DNA of 63,805 bases from NCBI GenBank assembly GCA_036506455.1, contig DASXRT010000062.1, forward strand, positions 1 to 63,805, read 5' to 3'. Source of the DNA: Thermoanaerobaculia bacterium (GTDB lineage: Bacteria > Acidobacteriota > Thermoanaerobaculia > Gp7-AA8). The notes below the pieces were generated by a model that ran no database searches, was not told the origin of the DNA, and saw only the letters and a program-made list of their open reading frames with translations. The position numbers and the translations under genes are program-made. Positions 54,641 through 63,805 of the stretch are shown piece by piece. The first letter of the stretch is position 1; each line of letters starts with the position of its first letter.

Positions 54641-56023
54641 ATGACTCGACGGGTCGTCCCGTTAGCGTTACTTCTTTGTCTGACTTTTTCTCTCCAGGAT
54701 TTTGCGCAAACCGATCCCGGAGTCCGTGGTGGCGCGCCAGGCGCAGGTCAGCCGCTGGCGTCAGTCGCCGCGAACAATCCGGCCAACATCCTCAACTTCT
54801 TCAATGCCGGTAAAGACGACTTCCAGGAGATCGACTCGGTTTCCGGAACGGTGGCCGGCGAGGAGGGTTCCGGTCTCGGTCCTCGCTACAACTCCAGAAG
54901 TTGCGTCGCGTGTCACGCACAGCCGGCGGTCGGCGGTACGGCTCCGGCGGTCAATCCCGAGATTGCCGACGCGACGGCCGATGGAGCGCGGAATACCATT
55001 CCCTCGTTCATCACGGTCAACGGACCGGTGCGCGAGGCGCGTTTCCCGTTCTTCTTCACCAATGGTGTGCCCGATGTCAATCGTCCCAATGGTGGCGTCG
55101 AAGATCTGTACACGATCACAGGGCGCATAGATGCTGGCAGTTGCACGATCTCGCAGCCCAGCTTCGCGACAGCGGTGGCCACCAACAACGTGATTTTCCG
55201 GATTCCCACTCCAACGTTCGGGTCCGGGCTGATCGAGAACATCGAGGAATCGACCCTGCTCGCCAACGCGGCCGCAAACCTGAACAACAACTTCGGGGTC
55301 ACCGGTACGTTCAACCGCGAGGGCAACACCGGGACGATCACTCGCTTCGGTTGGAAAGCGCAGAACAAGTCGCTGGAGATCTTCGCCGGCGAGGCTTACC
55401 TCGTCGAGATGGGGGTGGCCAACGAACTGTTCACGCAGGAGCGTCCGCTTCCGGGTGAGGGCATGAACCAGGGTCTGCCAGCGGCGTGCAAGATCAATCC
55501 GACGCCGGAAGACATCACGCATTTTGACGGAGTGAGCGAGGGAGTCATGAGCGACACCGTCGCGTTCGCAATGTTCATGCGGCTCCTGGCACCGCCCACG
55601 CCCTCGACGACGACACCCGGCGGAGCGACTTCGATTGCCAACGGGCGAAATCTGTTCAGCGCCGTCGGCTGCGCGACATGCCACACGCCGACGATTCGGA
55701 CCACAGCCTCGAAGTTCACACCCAGTCTGAGTAACGCGAACGCGAATCTATTCAGCGATCTCGAGATTCATCACATGGGGACGGAACTGGCAGACAACGT
55801 CTCGCAGGGTGGCGCGGGTGGTGATGAGTTCCGGACTGCTCCACTGTGGGGTGCCGGACAGCGGATCTTTTTCCTTCATGACGGCCGGACGAGGAATCTG
55901 CGGAACGCGATCCTCGCCCATAACAGCCCCGGCTCGGAGGCCAATACTTCGTCGTTCATCTTTTTCAACAACCTGTCAGCAGCTCAGCAGCAAGACGTCC
56001 TGAATTTCTTACGGTCGTTGTAG
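54641..56023 (+). CDS. DUF1111-family di-haem cytochrome c oxidoreductase (peroxidase-like), secreted
   Basis: ATG 54641 after GGAGG. Signal MTRRVVPLALLLCLTFSL. Two CXXCH motifs (CVACH, CATCH). Confidence 0.8.
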   Translation: MTRRVVPLALLLCLTFSLQDFAQTDPGVRGGAPGAGQPLASVAANNPANILNFFNAGKDDFQEIDSVSGTVAGEEGSGLGPRYNSRSCVACHAQPAVGGTAPAVNPEIADATADGARNTIPSFITVNGPVREARFPFFFTNGVPDVNRPNGGVEDLYTITGRIDAGSCTISQPSFATAVATNNVIFRIPTPTFGSGLIENIEESTLLANAAANLNNNFGVTGTFNREGNTGTITRFGWKAQNKSLEIFAGEAYLVEMGVANELFTQERPLPGEGMNQGLPAACKINPTPEDITHFDGVSEGVMSDTVAFAMFMRLLAPPTPSTTTPGGATSIANGRNLFSAVGCATCHTPTIRTTASKFTPSLSNANANLFSDLEIHHMGTELADNVSQGGAGGDEFRTAPLWGAGQRIFFLHDGRTRNLRNAILAHNSPGSEANTSSFIFFNNLSAAQQQDVLNFLRSL

Positions 56024-56039
56024 GTCTTGCGCTTCCGCA

Positions 56040-56067
56040 GGCCGTTGATGCGCGAACATCAACGGCC
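56040..56067 (+). terminator. 11-bp stem hairpin after the DUF1111 gene
   Basis: GGCCGTTGATG-CGCGAA-CATCAACGGCC, with only a weak T tract after it. Confidence 0.4.
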
Positions 56068-56092
56068 TGCCCCTTTGGGAAAAAGGAGGAAC

Positions 56093-57121
56093 ATGTTCCG
56101 TCGCGAATTCTTGCAACCGGTGTTCCTGTGCTTGTCACTGTTTCTGATCGGATCTCGAAACGTCGCCGCGCAAACGCCGCCCGAACAAGCCTTACCGAAC
56201 GGCGGTGACTTTGCGCCAATGCCGGCCGGCAAACTGCCTACCGGAGTGATTCTCGTGAAAGGCGCGGAGCCGAGTGCGAGCGATCGCGCCACTCCTCTGC
56301 CCGAAGAGGGCCGCGTCGCTCGAAATGTTTATCAGAACCGTTACCTCGGTCTCACCTATCCGCTGCCGCCCGACTGGATGGAGGCTGTCCAGGGTCCGCC
56401 ACCCTCGGACAGAGGCGGCTATGTTCTGGCTCAACTGATCCCAGCGGCGACGTTCAAACGTCCAACTAAAGGGACGGTGCTGATCTCTGCACAGGACATG
56501 TTTTTCGTCCACGCGCCCGCCGGCAATGCACTGGAGATGATCAAGTTCAGCAAGGAACACCTGCAGCCCTACTACGAAGTGGAACGTTCACCAACCGAAG
56601 TCACGATCGCCGGCCATTCGTTCGCGCGCTTCGATTACGTGTCACACGTCGCGCAATTGCATTGGTACGTGCTGGCCACGCAGATCCGGTGTCACACCAT
56701 TCAGTTCGTCTTCACCGGTCAGGATGTCGAGATGCTCGAGAGCCTCATCGGCGACATGAACCGCATGACGTTGCCGGCGGAGGCGGGAGCCACGTCAGGA
56801 AGAGGCGGAGGAGACTCTCCGGTCTGCGTTCAGAACTACGCCTTGGCGAAGAACATCGAGTACAGGACCGATCCGATCTTCGACGTCCGCCGGTTCAATC
56901 CTGTTCCGGTGCGGATCGTCATCGACAAGAAGGGCGCTGTGCGTCACGTCCACGTCATCAGCGCTTTCTCCGATCAAGCCACGAAGATCACCGAGGCGCT
57001 CCTGCAGTGGAAGTTCAAGCCATACGTTCAGGACGGCAAAGCCGTCGAAGTGGAGACCGGGATCATGTTCGGATCTCGAGATGGAATCACTGCGATTCCG
57101 AGCTCGACGAGCCTCGACTGA
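56093..57121 (+). CDS. secreted protein with C-terminal TonB_C-like domain
   Basis: ATG 56093 after AGGAGG. Signal MFRREFLQPVFLCLSLFLIGSRNVAA. C-terminal VRIVIDKKGAVRHVHVISAF..ALLQWKFKPYVQDGKAVEVE. Confidence 0.6.
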   Translation: MFRREFLQPVFLCLSLFLIGSRNVAAQTPPEQALPNGGDFAPMPAGKLPTGVILVKGAEPSASDRATPLPEEGRVARNVYQNRYLGLTYPLPPDWMEAVQGPPPSDRGGYVLAQLIPAATFKRPTKGTVLISAQDMFFVHAPAGNALEMIKFSKEHLQPYYEVERSPTEVTIAGHSFARFDYVSHVAQLHWYVLATQIRCHTIQFVFTGQDVEMLESLIGDMNRMTLPAEAGATSGRGGGDSPVCVQNYALAKNIEYRTDPIFDVRRFNPVPVRIVIDKKGAVRHVHVISAFSDQATKITEALLQWKFKPYVQDGKAVEVETGIMFGSRDGITAIPSSTSLD

Positions 57122-57613
57122 TCACGAAGGCGATGCGGGGAGAGCGGCGGCCTCGGCCGCCGCTTTCTTTTTGCGGAGCCGCTCTTCGATCCGCAGCAGG
57201 GCATCGAGCGAAAATCGTCCGCCGCCGATGAGCACGAGCGCCGCGCATCCCGCGAAGAGAGACAATGGCATCTCGATTCCCTTCATCGCCTCGAAGAATC
57301 TGTTCGCGCCCGGCTGCGCGCCGTTCAGGGCATCGGGGAGTTGCACGACGGCCACTGCCACTGCCATTGTGCAGCCGAGGAGGAAGGCATCGAGACGGGT
57401 GAGAAGGCCGGCGATGAGCAGAATCGCGCCGAAGAACTCGGCGTAGGCGGCGATGTACCCGAGGAAGGCGGGGATGTGATAGCCGGGAAGATCGGCAGCG
57501 AAGGAGGCCACGCCGCCGGAGCCGAAGACCTTCGAGTAACCATGAGGGATGAAGATCAGGCCGATCGCTATGCGCAGAATGAGCGCGGCGATGTCGCCGG
57601 CGTGCTTCGTCAT
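57122..57613 (-). CDS. DoxX-family membrane protein
   Basis: LILRIAIGLIFIPHGYSKVF and four hydrophobic helices. Confidence 0.85.
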   Translation of the reverse strand: MTKHAGDIAALILRIAIGLIFIPHGYSKVFGSGGVASFAADLPGYHIPAFLGYIAAYAEFFGAILLIAGLLTRLDAFLLGCTMAVAVAVVQLPDALNGAQPGANRFFEAMKGIEMPLSLFAGCAALVLIGGGRFSLDALLRIEERLRKKKAAAEAAALPASPS

Positions 57614-58384
57614 GACCGGATCGTCACTCCTCTCGCGCTATTCGTATCGTTCTATCTTGCCATATTCTGGATCGGCCTCTCGATCCGCATCCCGTTCTTT
57701 CAGTGGATCGGATTGATCAGTGCCTGCTGCGCGACCGTGGCGACAATTGCGCTCTGGTATCACGGCCGATGGGATCTCGGACTCCGCGCCGCGCCGCGCG
57801 ATGCGGCGCGTGAACTTTTGTTCGGGATTCTGTTCGCCGTCGCGCTGATCGGCACGGCCGACGTTCTCATCGTCGCGCTCACGCCGCTTCGACACGTGCG
57901 CGGCCATGGATTTCCGGTGGTCGAGACGATCACGGTGTTCATTCCGGCCGCGCTTCATGAAGAGCTGCTGTTTCGCGGTTATCCCTATCAGTTGTTGCGT
58001 TGTTGGAAGCGCTGGTTTGCCATCGCGTCGTCGTCAGTCGTTTTCGCCGCGCTCCACGCGCGCAACTCCGATGTCACCGCGCTTGCACTGCTGAACATCT
58101 TCATCGGCGGCATCGTGCTGGCGCTCGCATATGAGCGCTATCGGCGGCTCTGGATGCCCATCGGCCTGCATTTCGCCTGGAACATGATGTCCGGACCGAT
58201 CCTGGGATACGAGGTCAGTGGATTCGCAGCGCGGGAGTCGCTGTTGACGACGATGGTCATAGGACCGCCTCTGGTGACGGGTGGTGGGTTTGGGATCGAG
58301 GGGAGCATCGTCATGACCGTGGTCGAAGTTGCGGCGATCGCCCTTCTGTGGAGAGGACGAGGAATGTTGAATGTTGAATGTTGA
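57602..58384 (+). CDS. CPBP-family intramembrane glutamic endopeptidase (CAAX/Abi type); start uncertain
   Basis: EELLFRGYPY (EExxxR), FAALHARN (FxxxH) and HFAWN (HxxxN). The GTG 57602 start would overlap the divergent doxX start by 12 nt. The last 8 codons lie in the hairpin arm. Confidence 0.7.
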   Translation: MLRHDRIVTPLALFVSFYLAIFWIGLSIRIPFFQWIGLISACCATVATIALWYHGRWDLGLRAAPRDAARELLFGILFAVALIGTADVLIVALTPLRHVRGHGFPVVETITVFIPAALHEELLFRGYPYQLLRCWKRWFAIASSSVVFAALHARNSDVTALALLNIFIGGIVLALAYERYRRLWMPIGLHFAWNMMSGPILGYEVSGFAARESLLTTMVIGPPLVTGGGFGIEGSIVMTVVEVAAIALLWRGRGMLNVEC

Positions 58385-58450
58385 ATGCTAAATGTTGAAT
58401 GTTGCGCGGGGAATTCAACATTCAACATTCAACATTCAACATTCAGCATT
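58361..58450. repeat. heptamer-array hairpin, unit TGAATGT/ACATTCA (6 units, 7-nt loop, about 5 complementary units)
   Basis: GGAATGTTGAATGTTGAATGTTGAATGCTAAATGTTGAATGTTG-CGCGGGG-AATTCAACATTCAACATTCAACATTCAACATTCAGCATT. Same unit as 25665-25764. Confidence 0.85.
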
Positions 58451-58469
58451 TCGCTTTTGAGGAGCCGAT

Positions 58470-59641
<1,172 letters not shown>

Positions 59642-59645
<4 letters not shown>

Positions 59646-60184
59646 AAAAACTTCTCGTTGTCATTTTGCTGATGGCTGCGCCCGCGATGGCGAGCATCTC
59701 CGTACGCCGTTCTCCGTACAACGCGAAGAGAGTCGACGTCTACATCGTGAAAGAGCCTCTCACCGAGGCCGTCGGCGCACTGGAGATGTACTTGCCGAAG
59801 CACGTCCAGATTCTTCTCGGAAACGATCCGGTCGTGACGTATCGCGCGCGCGAAGTCGCGCCCGAAACCGCGTTGCGTGCTCTCGTCGCCGCCGGGAAGG
59901 TCGAGCTCATTGTCGAGGACGATCGCTACTGGGTGCGCAGTCCCGGTGAGCCGTCTGTGACGATCGACGTCAAGGACGTCGAGGCGCGAGTGATCCTCAA
60001 GTCGATGCAGCGGCAGTGCGGCATCAAGAACCTGCTCATCGATCCGCAGGTGCAGGGCACCGGGACATTTCTCTTCACGAATGTGCCCTGCCGGCAAGCG
60101 TTCGACGTCGTCCTGCGCACGCTCGGTCTGGCCGCGGAGACGTACTCGAACAACATCGTGCACGTCGAGACGGCTCCGCATTGA
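59642..60184 (+). CDS. small secreted protein with secretin-N0/STN-like domain(s)
   Basis: ATGA overlap with the thiolase stop. Signal MKKLLVVILLMAAPAMA. VTIDVKDVEARVILKSMQRQCGIKNLLIDPQVQGTGTFLFTNVPCRQAFDVVLRTLGL resembles the PilQ/TonB-receptor N0 (STN) domain. Confidence 0.55.
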
Positions 60185-60849
60185 TGACGCGTCGCGGGGT
60201 GGCGAAGCTCGCGGTGCTGCTCATCGTCGCCGGTGTGATCGCCGCGATCTACTTTTCTCCGTTTCGCCAACACCTGAATCGCAATGAGGTCCTCGCTGCC
60301 GTGGAGCTCTCCCGCGGCGTCTGGTACGGTCCGCTCATACTGATCGCCCTCTACGCGATCGGCTGCATCTTCGCGATTCCGGCGAGCCTTTTCATCATCG
60401 TCGCCGGCTTCATCTGGGGATGGAAATTGGGCGGCGCCTACGCGATGATCGGCGGCGTCCTCGGCGCGACGATGTCATTCCTCGTCGGACGTTTCGTCGG
60501 CGAGGGCCTGCTGCAGAAATTCGGTCGCGTCGGCACCGCCGTGACGAAGCAGGTTGATCACGCCGGGTTCAAATCGCTGCTCGTCCTTCGCCTGATTCCG
60601 CTCTTTCCGTTTGCTGTGCTCAATTACGGATCGGGCGTCGCCGGCGTGCGTCTCTCGGACTTTGTCTTCGCCACCGCGATCGGCCTCGCGCCGTCGAACT
60701 TCGTCTTTGCCTATTGCTCGGATGCGCTGTTCAACGGGACGATGACCGAGGGCGATGCGTTGAAGCGACTGGCGATCGTGGCCGTCCTCATGATTTCAAT
60801 CGTGCTGATTCCGACGCTGCTCAAGCGGCGCATGCGCCCTCTTACTTGA
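60184..60849 (+). CDS. TVP38/TMEM64 (DedA-related) family membrane protein
   Basis: TGATG overlap. AIPASLFIIVAGFIWG, RLIPLFPFAVLNYGSG. Confidence 0.8.
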   Translation: MTRRGVAKLAVLLIVAGVIAAIYFSPFRQHLNRNEVLAAVELSRGVWYGPLILIALYAIGCIFAIPASLFIIVAGFIWGWKLGGAYAMIGGVLGATMSFLVGRFVGEGLLQKFGRVGTAVTKQVDHAGFKSLLVLRLIPLFPFAVLNYGSGVAGVRLSDFVFATAIGLAPSNFVFAYCSDALFNGTMTEGDALKRLAIVAVLMISIVLIPTLLKRRMRPLT

Positions 60850-61102
60850 TCGAAAGCCGATCGCTGCCCGGATAGACATGCAGCGTGTAAACCTCGTCGC
60901 CCTTCCTCGCCGTCGCAACGCCGTGATAACCCGGGAAGAGGGACACGTCACCGACGATGTGCGCTCCGTCCGTCTCGACGAACTCGAGAAGGACGCGCTC
61001 GGTATCCTCGCCGTCCGCCGAGTGGAAGACCTTCGGCGAGGTATACGGAATCGGTTTGCCGGACGGATCGGTCAGATGTAGCTGCTCGATGATGAATCTC
61101 AC
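60842..61102 (-). CDS. hypothetical protein (86 aa)
   Basis: Clean ORF with GC3-rich codon use. No motif. Converges on the TVP38 gene with an 8-nt overlap. Confidence 0.45.
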   Translation of the reverse strand: MRFIIEQLHLTDPSGKPIPYTSPKVFHSADGEDTERVLLEFVETDGAHIVGDVSLFPGYHGVATARKGDEVYTLHVYPGSDRLSIK

Positions 61103-61221
61103 GCGCTCCTTGCTTATACCCCGGCGCCGGTCTCGTCAAGGCCGGCCTGTGTTGCAACTGAACCTGTGCACGTCGCCGTGTTATATTGATAGACCCGCCG
61201 CTTTGGGGGCGGGACACGGTC

Positions 61222-62253
61222 ATGATCGAGATTCAGGTTCATCCGAGCGACATCCGTCGCCGCGTGCGGTATTTCTTCTTCGACCGCCGCCGCGTGCTGA
61301 TGGGAATCTGTGCGCTCTGCCTCGTTCTGGCCGGCGTGATCGGTTCGATGGTCGCGGCTCCGACCGTCATCCGCCGCGTCTACAAAACCAACTATCTGAA
61401 TTCGATGCGGCAGGAGCGCGATATCCAGCGCCAGCGCCTGCGCGAGAACGTCGTGCAGATGTCCTCGATCGAGCGCACTCTCCAAGAGCACCGCGTCCGC
61501 GTCGAGAAGCTCATCACCGTCTACGGCCTCGACCGCTCCCTCGGACAGGGGGGATTCTCCACTCCGCTGCAGAGCCGTGACACGACCAGCGAGCAGCTCA
61601 CCGACGCGCGTCACCGCGAGATGTCGCTCAAGAACGCCATGAAACGCCTGCAGGAGCAACTCGAGCTGCTCCAGCAATACGAGCGTGCGAACTCGGAGAT
61701 GGTGCGGCACACGCCCTCGATTCTTCCGGTGCCGAACGATCAGTTCGTACTCACGTCACCGTTCGGGTCTCGCATCAATCCGTTTACGCGCGTGACCGAC
61801 TTCCACAGAGGACTCGATCTCTCGGCGCCACGCGGCACGCCCGTTTACGTGACCGCCGATGGCGTCGTAACCTTTGCCGGCCGCTATCCGCTTCGGCGAA
61901 GCGTGAACTGGTGGCGCTTCGGGAACGTCGTGGTCATCAACCACGCCGATCGCTTCATCACCATTTACGGACATCTCGATACGATCAACGTCCGCGCCGG
62001 CCAGCACGTGAAGCAGAGCGACGTCATCGCCACGGTCGGTTCGACAGGATGGAGCACGAACTCCCATCTGCATTACGAGGTGCGCAGCGATCTGGAAGCA
62101 CCCGGGACGTACATTCCCATCGATCCGCGCATTTACATCCTCAATTACGAATGGAACAATGAAGCCTCGCTTCTGATCCGGTCCAGGACGAGCAAGGACT
62201 ACAGCAACTTCGATCCGCTGCCTCCGGCATTCATAGGGAGAAGGAGGGTGTGA
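61222..62253 (+). CDS. M23-family metallopeptidase with N-terminal TM and coiled coil (EnvC/LytM-like)
   Basis: ATG 61222. TM GICALCLVLAGVIGSMVAA. FHRGLDLSAPRGTPVYV, INHADRFITIYGHL, GSTGWSTNSHLHYEV. Confidence 0.85.
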   Translation: MIEIQVHPSDIRRRVRYFFFDRRRVLMGICALCLVLAGVIGSMVAAPTVIRRVYKTNYLNSMRQERDIQRQRLRENVVQMSSIERTLQEHRVRVEKLITVYGLDRSLGQGGFSTPLQSRDTTSEQLTDARHREMSLKNAMKRLQEQLELLQQYERANSEMVRHTPSILPVPNDQFVLTSPFGSRINPFTRVTDFHRGLDLSAPRGTPVYVTADGVVTFAGRYPLRRSVNWWRFGNVVVINHADRFITIYGHLDTINVRAGQHVKQSDVIATVGSTGWSTNSHLHYEVRSDLEAPGTYIPIDPRIYILNYEWNNEASLLIRSRTSKDYSNFDPLPPAFIGRRRV

Positions 62254-62254
62254 G

Positions 62255-62992
62255 ATGAGCGCAGCCGCAGACCAATCGAACTTTCCCACGATGATCATTC
62301 CTCGTGGGACCGAGATCAAACTCAACAATCACGGACAACTCTCCATCAAGACGCCGGGGAACCTCGTCATTCAGAACTCCGGCAATTACTCGGAGATCGA
62401 ATCGACGAACGGCTCGATTCGAATCGAAGAGAATGTCGCCGTCGAAGCGGTGAGCGTGCGGGCCGGCCAGGCTTGCTACATTCAGGGAACGCTGACCGCG
62501 TGGAAGGTCCATGCGAAACGGATCACGCTGGAAGATCGGGCCAAGGCGTTCATCATGGTGCAGGAGTCGGATCTCCTCGAGCTCTCGAAGACAGCGCGTC
62601 TCGTCGGCAATTTCGCCAACGAGAAAGAGCTGTACCTGATGATGGGGAAGTTCACGTCGCAACTTCGCGAGCTGCCCAGCGGCGTCGACATGCACTCGCA
62701 TGCACCGCTCGCTGAGACACGTGCGCCGCAGATCCCGGCGGCGACACCGAAAGCGGCCGATCCCGCCGATCTGCGCGCCGCGCAGTCACTGCTGGAACGC
62801 GAAGTCGCCCGAACCGATCTCGCACCCGGAGAAGCAGAGGCGGTGCGCGAGGTGCTCTACGGTTTGCGCGAGCGCAACCTGCCGCGCGTTTCATCGATTT
62901 TCCGCGATGCCTTCGCCGAGCTGCGCGCGCCCTCAGATACGATCCGCAAGGCGTACGACCATCTCGAGCGCTATTTCGGCGCGAAGGTGTAG
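62255..62992 (+). CDS. hypothetical protein, bactofilin-like beta-helical N-terminal half
   Basis: Alternating short beta-strand pattern (GQLSIKTPGNLVIQNSGNYSEIESTNGSIRIEENVAVEAVSVRAGQACYIQGTLTAWKVHAKRITL). It starts 1 nt after the M23 stop. Confidence 0.45.
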   Translation: MSAAADQSNFPTMIIPRGTEIKLNNHGQLSIKTPGNLVIQNSGNYSEIESTNGSIRIEENVAVEAVSVRAGQACYIQGTLTAWKVHAKRITLEDRAKAFIMVQESDLLELSKTARLVGNFANEKELYLMMGKFTSQLRELPSGVDMHSHAPLAETRAPQIPAATPKAADPADLRAAQSLLEREVARTDLAPGEAEAVREVLYGLRERNLPRVSSIFRDAFAELRAPSDTIRKAYDHLERYFGAKV

Positions 62993-63232
62993 CGGCCGAA
63001 TCCATCACGGCTCGATGCCGCGCCACAATGCGTAGAGCCTCGGCCTGATTTGCGGGCGCTTGTACCCGCAGCTGCGCGCGTCTCGTGCAGAAACTTGCAT
63101 TCGACTTTTATCGGAATAACTTTTCGTTCTTGGCCTGTTCACATGACGGAACAACGGAACTAAGCGAAGCCATCTGTACGCATCTGCGCGGCGTCAACTC
63201 CGAAAAATCCATTCCCAAGGAAGCAATCATTC

Positions 63233-63805
63233 GTGCGATCAATACTCAGCGCTTTGATGCTGTGCTCTGCAGTCGCTTTACACGCAAAACCCACCGTTAC
63301 GGTTTCGCAGGCGTCTTTCAATCCTTCTCTTCATCAGACGGTCACCTATACGTTCACGACGGATGAATCCGGGACACTCAGTGCCGCGATTCTCGATCGC
63401 GATACTTATGTCGTGAAGCAGCTTGCTCGAGATCAGCATGTCGCTGCGGGGAGCACGACGCTGACTTGGGATGGCCGGGATGAGGCTGGAAGCATCGTTC
63501 CCGATGAGGCGTGGAGCCTGCACCTCAGCTTCCGTTCGCCGCGCGGCTCCTGGTCTTATTTTCCGGCCGAGGAATCGGCAGCGATGGTCTCGGTCAGGCC
63601 CGATGTGTATGACCGCCAGACTGGTGTCCTGCGATACATACTCGAAAGGCCGTCGCGCGTTCATCTGCAGGCGGGCATTGCCGATCGCTCATCCAAAGAC
63701 CCGAGAGCCGGCGCGGTTTTCAAGACGATCGTGAATCGTGCTCCGCGTCCCGATGGATCGGTGATCGAGCAATGGACAGGCATGGATGAAAGCAACACGA
63801 TCTAT
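63233..63805 (+). CDS. secreted protein with FlgD-Ig-like domain (5' part; runs off the window; absent from ORF track)
   Basis: GTG 63233 after AAGGAAG gives the signal VRSILSALMLCSAVALHA. Then ASFNPSLHQTVTYTFTTDESGTLSAAILDRDTYVVKQLARDQHVAAGSTTLTWDGRDEAGSIVPDEAW (FlgD_ig pattern). The frame stays open to 63805. Confidence 0.6.
   Translation, partial: MRSILSALMLCSAVALHAKPTVTVSQASFNPSLHQTVTYTFTTDESGTLSAAILDRDTYVVKQLARDQHVAAGSTTLTWDGRDEAGSIVPDEAWSLHLSFRSPRGSWSYFPAEESAAMVSVRPDVYDRQTGVLRYILERPSRVHLQAGIADRSSKDPRAGAVFKTIVNRAPRPDGSVIEQWTGMDESNTIY

Noticed and set aside
57602-57613. 12-nt head-to-head overlap of the doxX and CPBP genes
   Set aside because: It depends entirely on choosing GTG 57602 as the CPBP start. 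An internal TTG or GTG start is equally possible, so it is not treated as a real overlap.
63085-63366. 93-aa plus-strand ORF
   Set aside because: It lies in a lower-GC intergenic/leader region and overlaps the better-supported signal-peptide ORF that starts at GTG 63233 in another frame.

Overview
High-GC bacterial chromosomal segment. GWxTD proteins, many secreted hydrolases and a TonB/ExbBD set suggest an Acidobacteriota-like soil organism (inference only). I support about 60 CDS and one tRNA-Leu(CAA); I see no rRNA and no CRISPR. Left to right: gcdH; a secreted hydrolase pair; a divergent envelope-glycosylation cluster (RDD protein and methyltransferase on one strand, two GT-C paralogs, GT2 and a YdjC-type deacetylase on the other); a PP2C phosphatase; leuB-like; a tightly coupled polyamine module (speD, DUF4178, 50-codon ORF, DUF350, membrane SpeE); a PspA-less SPFH/zinc-ribbon pair; a patch of decayed genes; secreted BNR, S9 and S8 hydrolases; butyryl/leucine-type CoA metabolism; a BMP-type ABC transporter; two GWxTD paralogs; ribBA; a TDO-like gene; a TonB-ExbB-ExbD-ExbD cluster with a DUF1111 di-haem protein; thiolase; and an M23 peptidase with a bactofilin-like gene. 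The clearest accessory region is about 35.1-41.7 kb. It is a rearranged island with a 969-aa KAP-family P-loop NTPase whose Walker A and B motifs are separated by a coiled-coil/2-TM/coiled-coil insert. That gene is bracketed by 127-bp direct repeats and sits next to an IS91-type transposase fragment, a truncated M23 gene and a decayed second copy of the neighbouring beta-propeller gene. A second unusual signal recurs across the window: intergenic hairpins whose arms are tandem 7-nt units. The unit sequence differs between loci but the architecture is constant. Most long antisense ORFs in the supplied track are high-GC shadow ORFs.
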